From Bacteroidales bacterium (GTDB taxonomy: Bacteria; Bacteroidota; Bacteroidia; Bacteroidales; P3): DNA of 64,000 nt. Within the stretch, counting starts at the first letter, position 1. Each line of letters begins with the position of its first letter. The notes beneath the pieces were generated by a model that saw only the letters and a program-made list of their open reading frames with translations, made no database searches and was not told the DNA's origin. Below, piece by piece: positions 8,588 to 17,315 of this stretch. The stretch is from NCBI GenBank assembly GCA_031274555.1, contig JAISPZ010000066.1, positions 18,020-82,019 on the forward strand, read 5' to 3'. The position numbers and the translations under genes are program-made.

Positions 8588-9711
8588 AGCTATAAGCTCA
8601 AAAAAATTTCTACTATTGTAGATATTATGGCAACGCGAGATAAAGAATGGAAAGCTATAAGCTCAAAAAAATTTCTACTATTGTAGATGCGAGCCTTGTA
8701 TTGGTATTTTCTTCCAGCTATAAGCTCAAAAAAATTTCTACTATTGTAGATTAAACCAACCAAAAAATCTACTCGTGAAAGCTATAAGCTCAAAAAAATT
8801 TCTACTATTGTAGATATTGTTAAATATGTTATAGTTGCTCGGAGCTATAAGCTCAAAAAAATTTCTACTATTGTAGATCCTTATACTATCGCGAGGTTTT
8901 TTGTTAAAGCTATAAGCTCAAAAAAATTTCTACTATTGTAGATCTGTCGGAGCAAACACAAGAACACGGAGCTATAAGCTCAAAAAAATTTCTACTATTG
9001 TAGATTCATACCCTGCACGGTGAACGACTTTACAGCTATAAGCTCAAAAAAATTTCTACTATTGTAGATGTATAAATCCCAAGAATTAGCGGAACACAGC
9101 TATAAGCTCAAAAAAATTTCTACTATTGTAGATTTTTTCTTTTATATCTTTGCAAATAATTAGCTATAAGCTCAAAAAAATTTCTACTATTGTAGATTCG
9201 GGAAGTACGAAGATAATAACAATCAGCTATAAGCTCAAAAAAATTTCTACTATTGTAGATAGCGTGTCGCATTATCGGCGATAAAGGATAGCTATAAGCT
9301 CAAAAAAATTTCTACTATTGTAGATAGAGCTTTGCCAAAAAGCAAACAAGAGAAGCTATAAGCTCAAAAAAATTTCTACTATTGTAGATCGAGCTTGTTA
9401 AGGTCACTATTTTCGAAGCTATAAGCTCAAAAAAATTTCTACTATTGTAGATATATCAGAATACCGCTTATGCACAATAGAGCTATAAGCTCAAAAAAAT
9501 TTCTACTATTGTAGATGAACGGTGCTTTTACCTGTTCGCCGCCGCAGCTATAAGCTCAAAAAAATTTCTACTATTGTAGATGTTCCAACAGTACGTTTGA
9601 TTTTGAATTAAGCTATAAGCTCAAAAAAATTTCTACTATTGTAGATCAGATGACACAAGCACAATTTAAGGACACAGCTATAAGCTCAAAAAAAATTCTA
9701 CTACCTTAAAT
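8588..9711 (+). CRISPR. Type V-A (Cas12a-type) CRISPR array: 17 identical 36-nt repeats, 1 degenerate terminal repeat, 17 spacers (26-29 nt)
   Basis: Repeat AGCTATAAGCTCAAAAAAATTTCTACTATTGTAGAT. Its 3' end AATTTCTACTATTGTAGAT is the canonical Cas12a crRNA 5' handle (stem TCTAC/GTAGA, loop TATT). Repeat starts: 8588, 8653, 8716, 8780, 8843, 8908, 8970, 9034, 9098, 9162, 9225, 9290, 9354, 9417, 9481, 9546, 9611, and the degenerate copy at 9676. All spacers are unique. The degenerate repeat at the 3' end implies the leader is upstream. Confidence 0.95.
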
Positions 9712-9754
9712 CCGCAAGCCGAAGGTCGCGAGTTCGAGCCTCGTTTACCGCTCA
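9712..9754 (+). pseudogene. tRNA 3' fragment (T-arm plus acceptor 3' strand); no 5' half
   Basis: T-stem gcgag (9728-9732), T-loop ttcgagc, T-stem ctcgt (9740-9744), then the 7-nt acceptor strand ttaccgc. The preceding gcc-gaa-ggt could be a short variable arm. cttaaat (9705-9711) could be read as a UAA anticodon loop (Leu-like), but it overlaps the degenerate CRISPR repeat. Confidence 0.5.
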
Positions 9755-9983
9755 ATAGAACAGATTGAAAATCAATCGAAACCTTACTCAATATTCTTTA
9801 TTTTATTGAGATTTCTTCATTCTTCTACCGACATTATTTCGGAATGTTTTTCGGGAAATAAAGTAAGCGACAGGGTAGCGAAAACTCTTAAAAATTCATA
9901 ATTATTCTAAAAAATTCATAATAATTCTTAACAGAATTGCGTTTTTGCGTTTTTGTTCGTTATTAGGTTAAAAGCAATCTAAT

Positions 9984-10952
9984 ATGCGAAACAAAATTTC
10001 AATATTAAAATCTAAGTTTCTACGCAGCGACATAAGAAATGTCGCTCTGTTTTTATTTTTATTTTTTCTCGTCAGAGGTTATTCTTTGCCATTTAGCAGT
10101 CCACTACTTGATGAGAAAAGCGACTATCTTGTTTCTCTATTACAAGATCCGACACACAAATTTTTTGTAAGCACTAACACTATCCAACAATGGGCATCAA
10201 TAGAGGGACATCCCGCGATATATTCACTACATGCGGAGTATCGTCCACTTCGTGCATTTGGAACTTCACTGCATATCAAACAATATACCGCAGGATTTGA
10301 ACGAGATTTCTCGTGGCAGGCATCCATCAATACATCCTTAAAAGCAAACAGGGAGTATGATATTTTTGCGAGCATAAATGCTGGCGGAAATTATAATTTT
10401 TACGATTTCGACATAAATATTCCTGTCGTTACAGAATACCCTGACTATGCAAACGCCGTGGCAAATAAAGGATATTCTACGTTTATCGGCGCAGGTACAG
10501 GATTCACTTTTCATAATAGACATTCGTCTTTAACATTTCATCTTAAAGGTTTTTATTTGATAAATTCAAAAAAGTTATGGAGAGTAAATTCTTTTATCAG
10601 ATATAAAATATGTCCACGAAAAACTATTGAAAATTCTTTCTATTTCAATAAAATGCCACTGCATTTTCTTTTCACTTTTTCGCAAGCATATAATCCTCTT
10701 TTCAAAAATAAATTCGAGTTTGAATATTCGGTAGAAACTCATTGGTATAGCGTGGGAGTTGCTTGTGGATATATGTCGGGAGTAAAAATCGTCACTCCGT
10801 CTTTAAGATGTAATTTTCATCTGCGCAGTAAAGGACTTTCTTTTGAGTATGTAATGAATTTTACTGCATGGACAAAAAAGCAACTTCCGGGAAAATTAAT
10901 TCATCAAACAGGCATATCATATTTAATTTCAAAAAGCAATGCAAAAAGATAA
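9984..10952 (+). CDS. PorP/SprF-like type IX secretion outer-membrane protein (tentative)
   Basis: 322 aa with an N-terminal hydrophobic segment. The segment QQWASIEGHPAIYSLHAEYRPL...GTSLHIKQYTAGFE resembles the conserved QW-x-G-x-x-G-x-P region of PorP/SprF. Beta-rich composition. Sits next to a type-B-CTD-like gene. Confidence 0.45.
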   Translation: MRNKISILKSKFLRSDIRNVALFLFLFFLVRGYSLPFSSPLLDEKSDYLVSLLQDPTHKFFVSTNTIQQWASIEGHPAIYSLHAEYRPLRAFGTSLHIKQYTAGFERDFSWQASINTSLKANREYDIFASINAGGNYNFYDFDINIPVVTEYPDYANAVANKGYSTFIGAGTGFTFHNRHSSLTFHLKGFYLINSKKLWRVNSFIRYKICPRKTIENSFYFNKMPLHFLFTFSQAYNPLFKNKFEFEYSVETHWYSVGVACGYMSGVKIVTPSLRCNFHLRSKGLSFEYVMNFTAWTKKQLPGKLIHQTGISYLISKSNAKR

Positions 10953-11646
10953 ACTTTTATTTTCATGTTGCGTGTTCATTTTGCTGAATGTGCAAGGATC
11001 ATCTGATAAATTTATGTCAGTGAAAACCGTTGAACAAGATTTTTCAACCTCACATCATTCTCCATTTTTATCATCGGACGGATTTTATCAAACGTTGCTG
11101 TTAAAGCGACCTTTGCTGCCTGACAGTATTTCGTGCAATGAGAGCCGTTTCTATTTACATGATTTTGCAAATATTTTCTTTGACACCTGCAAAGAAAAAC
11201 ATCAACAGGATATTTTTTTCGACAGTGCTGTTGCACATAAGACAGGGTATTATATTTATCGTTATCATTCGATTTATAAACAGGATAAAATTGCTGACAG
11301 TATTTTTGTTACTTTACCACTTTTAGCACCGCCTGTTATACCGCCACTTGAGCCACCATTTGTTGAGTCGCCTGACAACCAAATATCGCTTCCCGAAGTA
11401 GTAAATCTTGTCGTTGTCGATGAGAAAAATCTCACATATTTCAAGATATTTAATATTGACGAATTTGAAAAAGTGGAAGTACATCTTTTTTCGTCATCGG
11501 GTAAAAAGATTTTCTCTTCTCTTGATTACAACAATGGATTTGATATGAGAAATTGCAGAGAAGACACGTATTACTACACTATTCTTGCGAGCATTAATGG
11601 ACTTCGTAAAATAAAAAAAGGATTTGTTCAACTACATAAAAAATAA
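10939..11646 (+). CDS. Secreted protein with T9SS type-B (gliding-motility) C-terminal-domain-like tail (tentative)
   Basis: 235 aa with a signal-like N-terminus. The C-terminus (VEVHLFSSSGKKIFSSLDYNNGFDMRNCREDTYYYTILASINGLRKIKKGFVQLHKK) resembles type-B sorting domains. Overlaps the upstream gene by 14 nt. Confidence 0.4.
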   Translation: MQKDKLLFSCCVFILLNVQGSSDKFMSVKTVEQDFSTSHHSPFLSSDGFYQTLLLKRPLLPDSISCNESRFYLHDFANIFFDTCKEKHQQDIFFDSAVAHKTGYYIYRYHSIYKQDKIADSIFVTLPLLAPPVIPPLEPPFVESPDNQISLPEVVNLVVVDEKNLTYFKIFNIDEFEKVEVHLFSSSGKKIFSSLDYNNGFDMRNCREDTYYYTILASINGLRKIKKGFVQLHKK

Positions 11647-11650
11647 AAAT

Positions 11651-13789
11651 ATGAAACGAATTATTTTATTACTGTGCCTGCTTGTGGCATCTTTGAGCAA
11701 CGCTCAAAATTTTCTTTACCGCGCCGTGCTGCGCGATGACGACGGATTTATCAGACAGAATAAAACTGCTGATGTCGAATTTACTTTTTTTGAAAATGGG
11801 AGAAAAATTTATTCCGAAAAGCACAATGTTAAGTCTGACGCATTAGGTCATATTGCCGTTCCTGTTGGACAGGGAAAGGTTGTTCTTGGGAGTTTTGCAA
11901 ATATTCCATGGGATAAGGAATTGTCTCTCGAAGTGGTGATAGACAGGGTAAAAAATGAAAGCACCGAAATACTTAACGTACCAAAATCTTTTTTCTCTAA
12001 AAACGCGCAGTGGGCAGCGACAGCGGATAGTTCTGTATGGGCGGCGGTTGCGGATAGTTCTATGTGGGCTGCGACTGCCGAGAAAGCAAATTTTGCAGAA
12101 ATTTCAAAAAAACTTGAAAATAAAATTTTTACTGACACCATTAAGGGGGATAATATATTTTGGAGTTCGCAGAAAATTCTTGACACAATTTATGGCGAAA
12201 TACTAAAGAGAGAATTTGAGGACGCTCGTCTATATGATACGATTTTGACTCATACATTTTCTAAAAGATATAATGATCTGACAGGTACGCCAACTCTCGC
12301 AACGGTCGCCACAAGTGGAAACTACAACGACTTGTCTGATACACCTGCACTTGCAACGGTAGCCACAAGTGGGAACTACAACGACCTGTCCGATACACCT
12401 GCACTCTCAACAGTTGCCACAAGTGGAAACTACAACGACCTGTCCAATATACCTGTTTTTGCGACAGTCGCCACAAACGGAAACTACAACGACTTGTTCA
12501 ATATACCCGTTTTCGCAACAGTCGCCACAAGCGGAAGCTATAACGACCTTTCAGACAAACCGATAATTCCTGTTCTTCCAACACTCGCAGCAGTCGCCAC
12601 AACCGGCAATTATAGCGACCTGCTGAATAAACCGACACTTGAAAAAGTTGCCTACACAGGAAATTACAATGATCTACTCTATATACCAAATCTTGAAAAA
12701 ATACTTGCAAAAGTCGCTCATACAGGAAATTATAACGACCTGTCCAACACACCAAAATTTGCAAACGTAGCCACAACCGGAAACTATAACGATCTGTCAA
12801 ATAAGCCGACTATCCCTGTTCTTCCAACGCTCGCAGCAGTTGCCACAAGCGGAAGTTATAACGATTTATTAAACAAGCCCGCCCTCAAAACAGTAGCCAC
12901 AAGTGGCAGCTATAACGACCTGTTAAATAAGCCGACTATCCCTGTTCTTCCAACACTCGCAGCAGTCGCCACAAGCGGGAGCTATAACGATCTTTCCAAC
13001 ACACCAACGCTTGCGACAGTAGCCACGAGCGGAAGCTACAACAATCTTGTGGACAAGCCCACAATTCCAACAGTAAATAACGCTCGCTTGAATATTAAAC
13101 AAAACGGTACGCAGTTAAATTATTTTACGGCAAATCAAAATACAGACGTTACAGTTGATTTAAGTACTGTTCCATCAGGAACAGCAGGTGGCGACCTTGC
13201 TGGAACATACCCAAATCCGACAATTAAGAGTAGCGTAAATTTAGCAGGCAATCCCACCACAGGCAGCACCGTCACTTATGCAAACGCTACAAGTCCATAT
13301 TCGGCACAATATACGCTTATCCCAAACGCCAAATCAGTAGTGGATATTGTCAAAGGACAGGTCAAAGCTATGCTGAACACCATTTTTAAAAACGATATTG
13401 TCGTTCTCTGGACAGGCTCAATAACGCAATTGCCTCCATGCTGGGAAGTTACGAATAAGTTTGACGGCAGATTTCCTGTAGGCGTGGGGCACGACCCAAA
13501 CTACGCTACCACATCAATAGATTACTTGGTGGGCAGCACCGGCGGAGCAGCAAGAGTAACTTTGACGACAAACGAGATGCCTAAGCATAGTCACAGAATG
13601 CAAATGTATGACTACTATGCCGGAGGTAGTGGCAGGACTGCTCAATATACGAATGATATGGGAGGCAGCAGTTGGGGCGAACCAACATACTATCCTGAAG
13701 AAACAGGTGGTAGCCAGCCACACGAGAACCGTCCACCATTTTATGGAGTTTACTTTCTAAAATTCAATACTGCAAACTGCGGGTGGTAA
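11651..13789 (+). CDS. Signal-peptide-bearing phage-tail-fibre-like protein (13 tail-fibre repeats plus tail-collar domain)
   Basis: The ATG at 11651 gives MKRIILLLCLLVASLSNAQN (signal peptide). About 13 tandem 16-22-aa modules ATVATSGNYNDLSxxP span nt 12268-13080. The C-terminus matches the phage tail-collar pattern (PPCWEV...GGAARVTLTTNEMPKHSH...GGSQPHENRPPFYGVYFL). Confidence 0.8.
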   Translation: MKRIILLLCLLVASLSNAQNFLYRAVLRDDDGFIRQNKTADVEFTFFENGRKIYSEKHNVKSDALGHIAVPVGQGKVVLGSFANIPWDKELSLEVVIDRVKNESTEILNVPKSFFSKNAQWAATADSSVWAAVADSSMWAATAEKANFAEISKKLENKIFTDTIKGDNIFWSSQKILDTIYGEILKREFEDARLYDTILTHTFSKRYNDLTGTPTLATVATSGNYNDLSDTPALATVATSGNYNDLSDTPALSTVATSGNYNDLSNIPVFATVATNGNYNDLFNIPVFATVATSGSYNDLSDKPIIPVLPTLAAVATTGNYSDLLNKPTLEKVAYTGNYNDLLYIPNLEKILAKVAHTGNYNDLSNTPKFANVATTGNYNDLSNKPTIPVLPTLAAVATSGSYNDLLNKPALKTVATSGSYNDLLNKPTIPVLPTLAAVATSGSYNDLSNTPTLATVATSGSYNNLVDKPTIPTVNNARLNIKQNGTQLNYFTANQNTDVTVDLSTVPSGTAGGDLAGTYPNPTIKSSVNLAGNPTTGSTVTYANATSPYSAQYTLIPNAKSVVDIVKGQVKAMLNTIFKNDIVVLWTGSITQLPPCWEVTNKFDGRFPVGVGHDPNYATTSIDYLVGSTGGAARVTLTTNEMPKHSHRMQMYDYYAGGSGRTAQYTNDMGGSSWGEPTYYPEETGGSQPHENRPPFYGVYFLKFNTANCGW

Positions 13790-13804
13790 CTGCTTTGCTA
13801 TATT

Positions 13805-14539
13805 TTAAAAGGTGAGGGCAAGACCAACACCGCCAGAAGGAGTAATACCGAAGTCCAAATTGCAGGAACTTAGATTTTGTATTCCTCTGTTGTACGTATC
13901 AACAGCCTGGTGATATTTTTGGGAATGAAGACGGGCAAAAACTGTACCGGGGACTAAACAAACCATACCTAATCCTGTAAACATATATCCCGGTACAGAC
14001 AAAGCGTCATCATTTTTAGTAATATTAACCATCAAACAAGTAACCCCAATACCCGAAGCAGCAATGCCTGAAATAAGAAATCCCAATTTAAGCCTCCTGA
14101 ATTTTCTACCTGCCTTGTAATCGTCGTATGCAGCAGGATTAATTCGCAATCTTTCACGTATTTCGCGATCATTTAGGAATCTTCCTGTGGATGAATCGCT
14201 GATTTTTCCTTCTCTAACGACTAAAGCAACGTCATGTTGAATACCTGTCAGGTTTTCTACAGGCTGATTTGCATACGTGGCATTTTCTGTTGGTGCTGAA
14301 TATGAAAACACATCTTGCGTTCCGTTTTCATAGACAATCTTGAAAACATTAGATTTCGACACAATATATACAGGAGTGGTTGTACCCGGACGTAAATACT
14401 TAATTTCGTATATACCAATCTCGGTTACTTTGGCGTTCAGTTCGTCGCCACTAATAAGATAAATAACATCTTGCGCCATGCTACTGCCAACACACATACA
14501 AAAGGCAACGAGAGTCAATAAAAAATATTTCGTCTTCAT
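13805..14539 (-). CDS. Hypothetical secreted/membrane protein, paralog 1
   Basis: 244 aa. Signal peptide MKTKYFLLTLVAFCMCVGSSMAQD and two C-terminal hydrophobic helices. Roughly three quarters identical by eye to the adjacent 243-aa protein. Confidence 0.75.
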   Translation of the reverse strand: MKTKYFLLTLVAFCMCVGSSMAQDVIYLISGDELNAKVTEIGIYEIKYLRPGTTTPVYIVSKSNVFKIVYENGTQDVFSYSAPTENATYANQPVENLTGIQHDVALVVREGKISDSSTGRFLNDREIRERLRINPAAYDDYKAGRKFRRLKLGFLISGIAASGIGVTCLMVNITKNDDALSVPGYMFTGLGMVCLVPGTVFARLHSQKYHQAVDTYNRGIQNLSSCNLDFGITPSGGVGLALTF

Positions 14540-14721
14540 ATTCTTATAAATTGTTTTTCATTATGCCATACAGAACTCGCCAATAAATATTCGTCTTTGG
14601 ATGACAGCACTGTCATGCTCGCTCCATCGCAATATTATTCGGGTTGTCATTCTTTTTCAACCATCAAACCATATCCTGTTTGCAAACTGCGGGTGGTAGC
14701 TGCTTTGCTATAGCAAGCCTT

Positions 14722-15453
14722 TTAAAAGGTGAGGGCAAGACCAACACCGCCAGAAGGAGTAATACCGAAGCCTAAACTATAGGAGCTTAAATTTTGTATT
14801 CCTCTGTTGTACGTATCAACAGCTTGATAATATTTTTTTGGATGAAGACGAGCGAAAATTATACCGGGGACTAAACAACCTATACCCAATCCTGTAAAAG
14901 CATATCCGACTGGGGATGGCTCATTTAAGCTATAATCTATCATCAAACCGGTAATCCCAATGCCTGAAAGAGCAATACCCGAAATAAGAAACCCCCATTT
15001 AAGTCTTTTAAATTTTCTACCTGTCTCGTAAGCGCCGTATGCAGCAGGATTAATTCGCAGTCTTTCACGTATTTCGCGAACACTCAAGGGTCTTCCTGTG
15101 GATAAGTCGCTGATTTTTCCTCCCATAACGGCTAAAGCACCGTCATGTTGAATACCTGTCGGGTTTTCTATTGGCGACTGGTTTGCGTACGCCACATTGC
15201 TTGTTGATACAGAATGTGAAAACACATCTTGCGTTCCGTCTTCATAGACAATTTTGAAAACATCAGATCTCGGCACAGTATATGTCGGAGTGGTTGTACC
15301 CGGACGTAAATACTTAATTTCGTATATACCAATCTCGGTTACTTTGGCGTTTAGTTCGTCGCCATTACTAAAATAAATGATGTCTTGTGCCATGCTACTG
15401 CCGACACACATACAAAAGGCAACGAGAGTCAATAAAAAATGTTTTGTCTTCAT
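14722..15453 (-). CDS. Hypothetical secreted/membrane protein, paralog 2
   Basis: 243 aa. Same architecture and near-identical termini as 13805-14539. Part of a tandem segmental duplication. Confidence 0.75.
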   Translation of the reverse strand: MKTKHFLLTLVAFCMCVGSSMAQDIIYFSNGDELNAKVTEIGIYEIKYLRPGTTTPTYTVPRSDVFKIVYEDGTQDVFSHSVSTSNVAYANQSPIENPTGIQHDGALAVMGGKISDLSTGRPLSVREIRERLRINPAAYGAYETGRKFKRLKWGFLISGIALSGIGITGLMIDYSLNEPSPVGYAFTGLGIGCLVPGIIFARLHPKKYYQAVDTYNRGIQNLSSYSLGFGITPSGGVGLALTF

Positions 15454-15526
15454 ATTCTTATAAATTGTTTTTCACTATGTTATACAGAACTCGCCAATAA
15501 ATATTCGTCTTTGGGTGGTAACACTG

Positions 15527-16444
15527 TTATTCTTTTTCAACCGTCGAGCCACCTCCTGTTTGCAAATGCGAGATTGCCGGATTGCCACGATACTTGAATT
15601 TGCTCGCACCTGAAAGAGAAAGTGACAGACTTTGTGCAATAGTGAGTGTGCCTTTGCTTGCACCGGAAAAGTCACCGTTCATTACATCACTTAATATATC
15701 AAAAGACCCAAAGTTGGACGCGCCTGAAATATCTGCTTTGACAGAATGTATAAATCCTTTTCCTGTCCATTGAGCAGCGCCTGATAATTCTATTTCGGCT
15801 TTACCGGAAACTTGCCATGTCCCCGTGATTTTGGAAGCACCACTTGCGTCAATATCCATTTGGGATGCCGTTGCTGTTGCTTCGATTTTAGAAGCACCAC
15901 TCGCATCAATCTCTATTTGAGATGCTGTTGCCACTGCATTAATTTTAGAAGCACCACTCGCATCTAAGGATGCTTTGTTGGACACGTTAAAAGCAACGTC
16001 AATAAAGGATGCACCCGATGTTTCTATTTTTAGTTTCTCATTGCGCAATGTGTCCAGCACAATTATTTTCGCTGCACCTGACGCTTCAATTTCCTTTGGC
16101 ACAATGGCATAAACAACAATAACGCGCAGACATCCGTCGCATTTTACATTTGTATTATCACGCAATTTTACTGTTAATTCGCCCTCAGAAACAGAAACAT
16201 TCACGTATGGCATAACGTTTTCGGGAACTGTCACAATGACACTGTCGGCAATGCCTTTTTTTAATTCCGCATAAAAAGCGTTTGATATACGGATTTTATT
16301 AAATCCTTCCACTGCGAACGGTCGAGTTATGTCGTTTCCGTCAGGTTTCATAAGAATGAATTTTGCACAGCCGTTTGTACTTACTGAAACAATAGTTATC
16401 AGCGTAACGATACATATTTTTGATAAACGGTGAAGTATCTTCAT
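15527..16444 (-). CDS. DUF2807 / head GIN-domain (putative adhesin) protein
   Basis: 305 aa with a lipoprotein-like N-terminus. Repeated (D/E)ASGASKI(x) motifs are typical of the GIN/DUF2807 beta-helical family. Confidence 0.75.
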   Translation of the reverse strand: MKILHRLSKICIVTLITIVSVSTNGCAKFILMKPDGNDITRPFAVEGFNKIRISNAFYAELKKGIADSVIVTVPENVMPYVNVSVSEGELTVKLRDNTNVKCDGCLRVIVVYAIVPKEIEASGAAKIIVLDTLRNEKLKIETSGASFIDVAFNVSNKASLDASGASKINAVATASQIEIDASGASKIEATATASQMDIDASGASKITGTWQVSGKAEIELSGAAQWTGKGFIHSVKADISGASNFGSFDILSDVMNGDFSGASKGTLTIAQSLSLSLSGASKFKYRGNPAISHLQTGGGSTVEKE

Positions 16445-16560
16445 AGCATATAATTTGTTTTGTAGATATACGCGAATTTACGTATTATAATTCAATTTTC
16501 CGACAAAATAAGATGTTTCCTGTAAAGAATTAAGGATGGCAGGCAGCGGGACGGAAGCCG

Positions 16561-16728
16561 AAAGGGGATAATAAGGACACAAGCCATGCTGTTGGGGCGG
16601 GTTATCGACTGTGGACTGCGCAGGGGATAATGAGAGAGCAAGACATACTGTTGGGGTGGGGTTATCGACTGTGGAGTGCGCAGGGGATAATGAGAGAGCA
16701 AGCTATGCTGTTGGGTTATCGGCGAGGG
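16561..16728. repeat. 60-nt tandem repeat, about 2.8 copies
   Basis: Unit caggggataatgagagagcaag...ctgttggggtggggttatcgactgtggagtgcg recurs with period 60 (unit starts 16561, 16621, 16681). Confidence 0.8.
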
Positions 16729-16751
16729 GATGGTTGCCGTAATGTGCAAAA

Positions 16752-17234
16752 CTATCGCAAGCGGTCGCTTTCCCGGACAAGGGCTTCGTCTTTCCTTATG
16801 CGGCGCATTGCCATATTTATAAGGATGAGCGAAGCGAGGGGCATATAAAATACCCATTGGTAGGAAATTGGAATGTCTTTTGTTGATGGATCTACAAGTG
16901 AAGTCACTTGCTCTAAACCGAGGAAAAGCAACAGGATAAATGCCGTATTTAAAAAGAATGCTATCGTGCAAAGACGTAATTGTCGTCTGCGATTTTTGTA
17001 GGACAGCACCACACCTGCCAAAAGAAGAATGACAGCGGAAAGTACTATTGTGAAAGCTGCAAACCAAATTTTTGTAGCACTGAAATCCGAGAGCTCAGCA
17101 CCCTGAACAAAGCCGTTTATTTCAACAGGGATGTTTCCAAAGCGCAGTTGTATTGTTGCGAGTGGAAAAAAGTAGAGCAATGACAAAAACCCTACTGCTA
17201 TCAGTAAGAAAAGTGATTGTATTCTTTGTATCAT
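16752..17234 (-). CDS. DUF4293-like small membrane protein
   Basis: 160 aa with 4-5 predicted TM helices. The N-terminus MIQRIQSLFLLIAV is typical of this Bacteroidota family (recognised from memory). Confidence 0.65.
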   Translation of the reverse strand: MIQRIQSLFLLIAVGFLSLLYFFPLATIQLRFGNIPVEINGFVQGAELSDFSATKIWFAAFTIVLSAVILLLAGVVLSYKNRRRQLRLCTIAFFLNTAFILLLFLGLEQVTSLVDPSTKDIPISYQWVFYMPLASLILINMAMRRIRKDEALVRESDRLR

Positions 17235-17315
17235 AGTTTTATTGTTTTTATTATTTTTGTTCGTCTGCGTTTTTGAGAACTAAGAACTGAGAATGTAGAA
17301 TTACTCCATCCTTAA

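Noticed and set aside
8504-8686. 60-aa ORF across the CRISPR leader and first repeats
   Set aside because: The reading frame is made of repeat and spacer sequence from the array.
9712-9754. Calling this a functional tRNA gene
   Set aside because: Only the T-arm and 3' acceptor strand are present. The expected D-arm, 5' acceptor strand and anticodon stem are replaced by CRISPR repeat sequence.
11651-13789. Prophage remnant explaining the tail-fibre-like gene
   Set aside because: No capsid, terminase, baseplate, integrase or lysis genes lie on either side. The protein has a Sec signal peptide, and its neighbours look T9SS-related.
16492-17067. 191-aa ORF (-) overlapping the 60-nt tandem repeats and the DUF4293 gene
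   Set aside because: Half of it is translated tandem repeat. The rest is an alternative frame of a gene with a clear membrane-protein signature.
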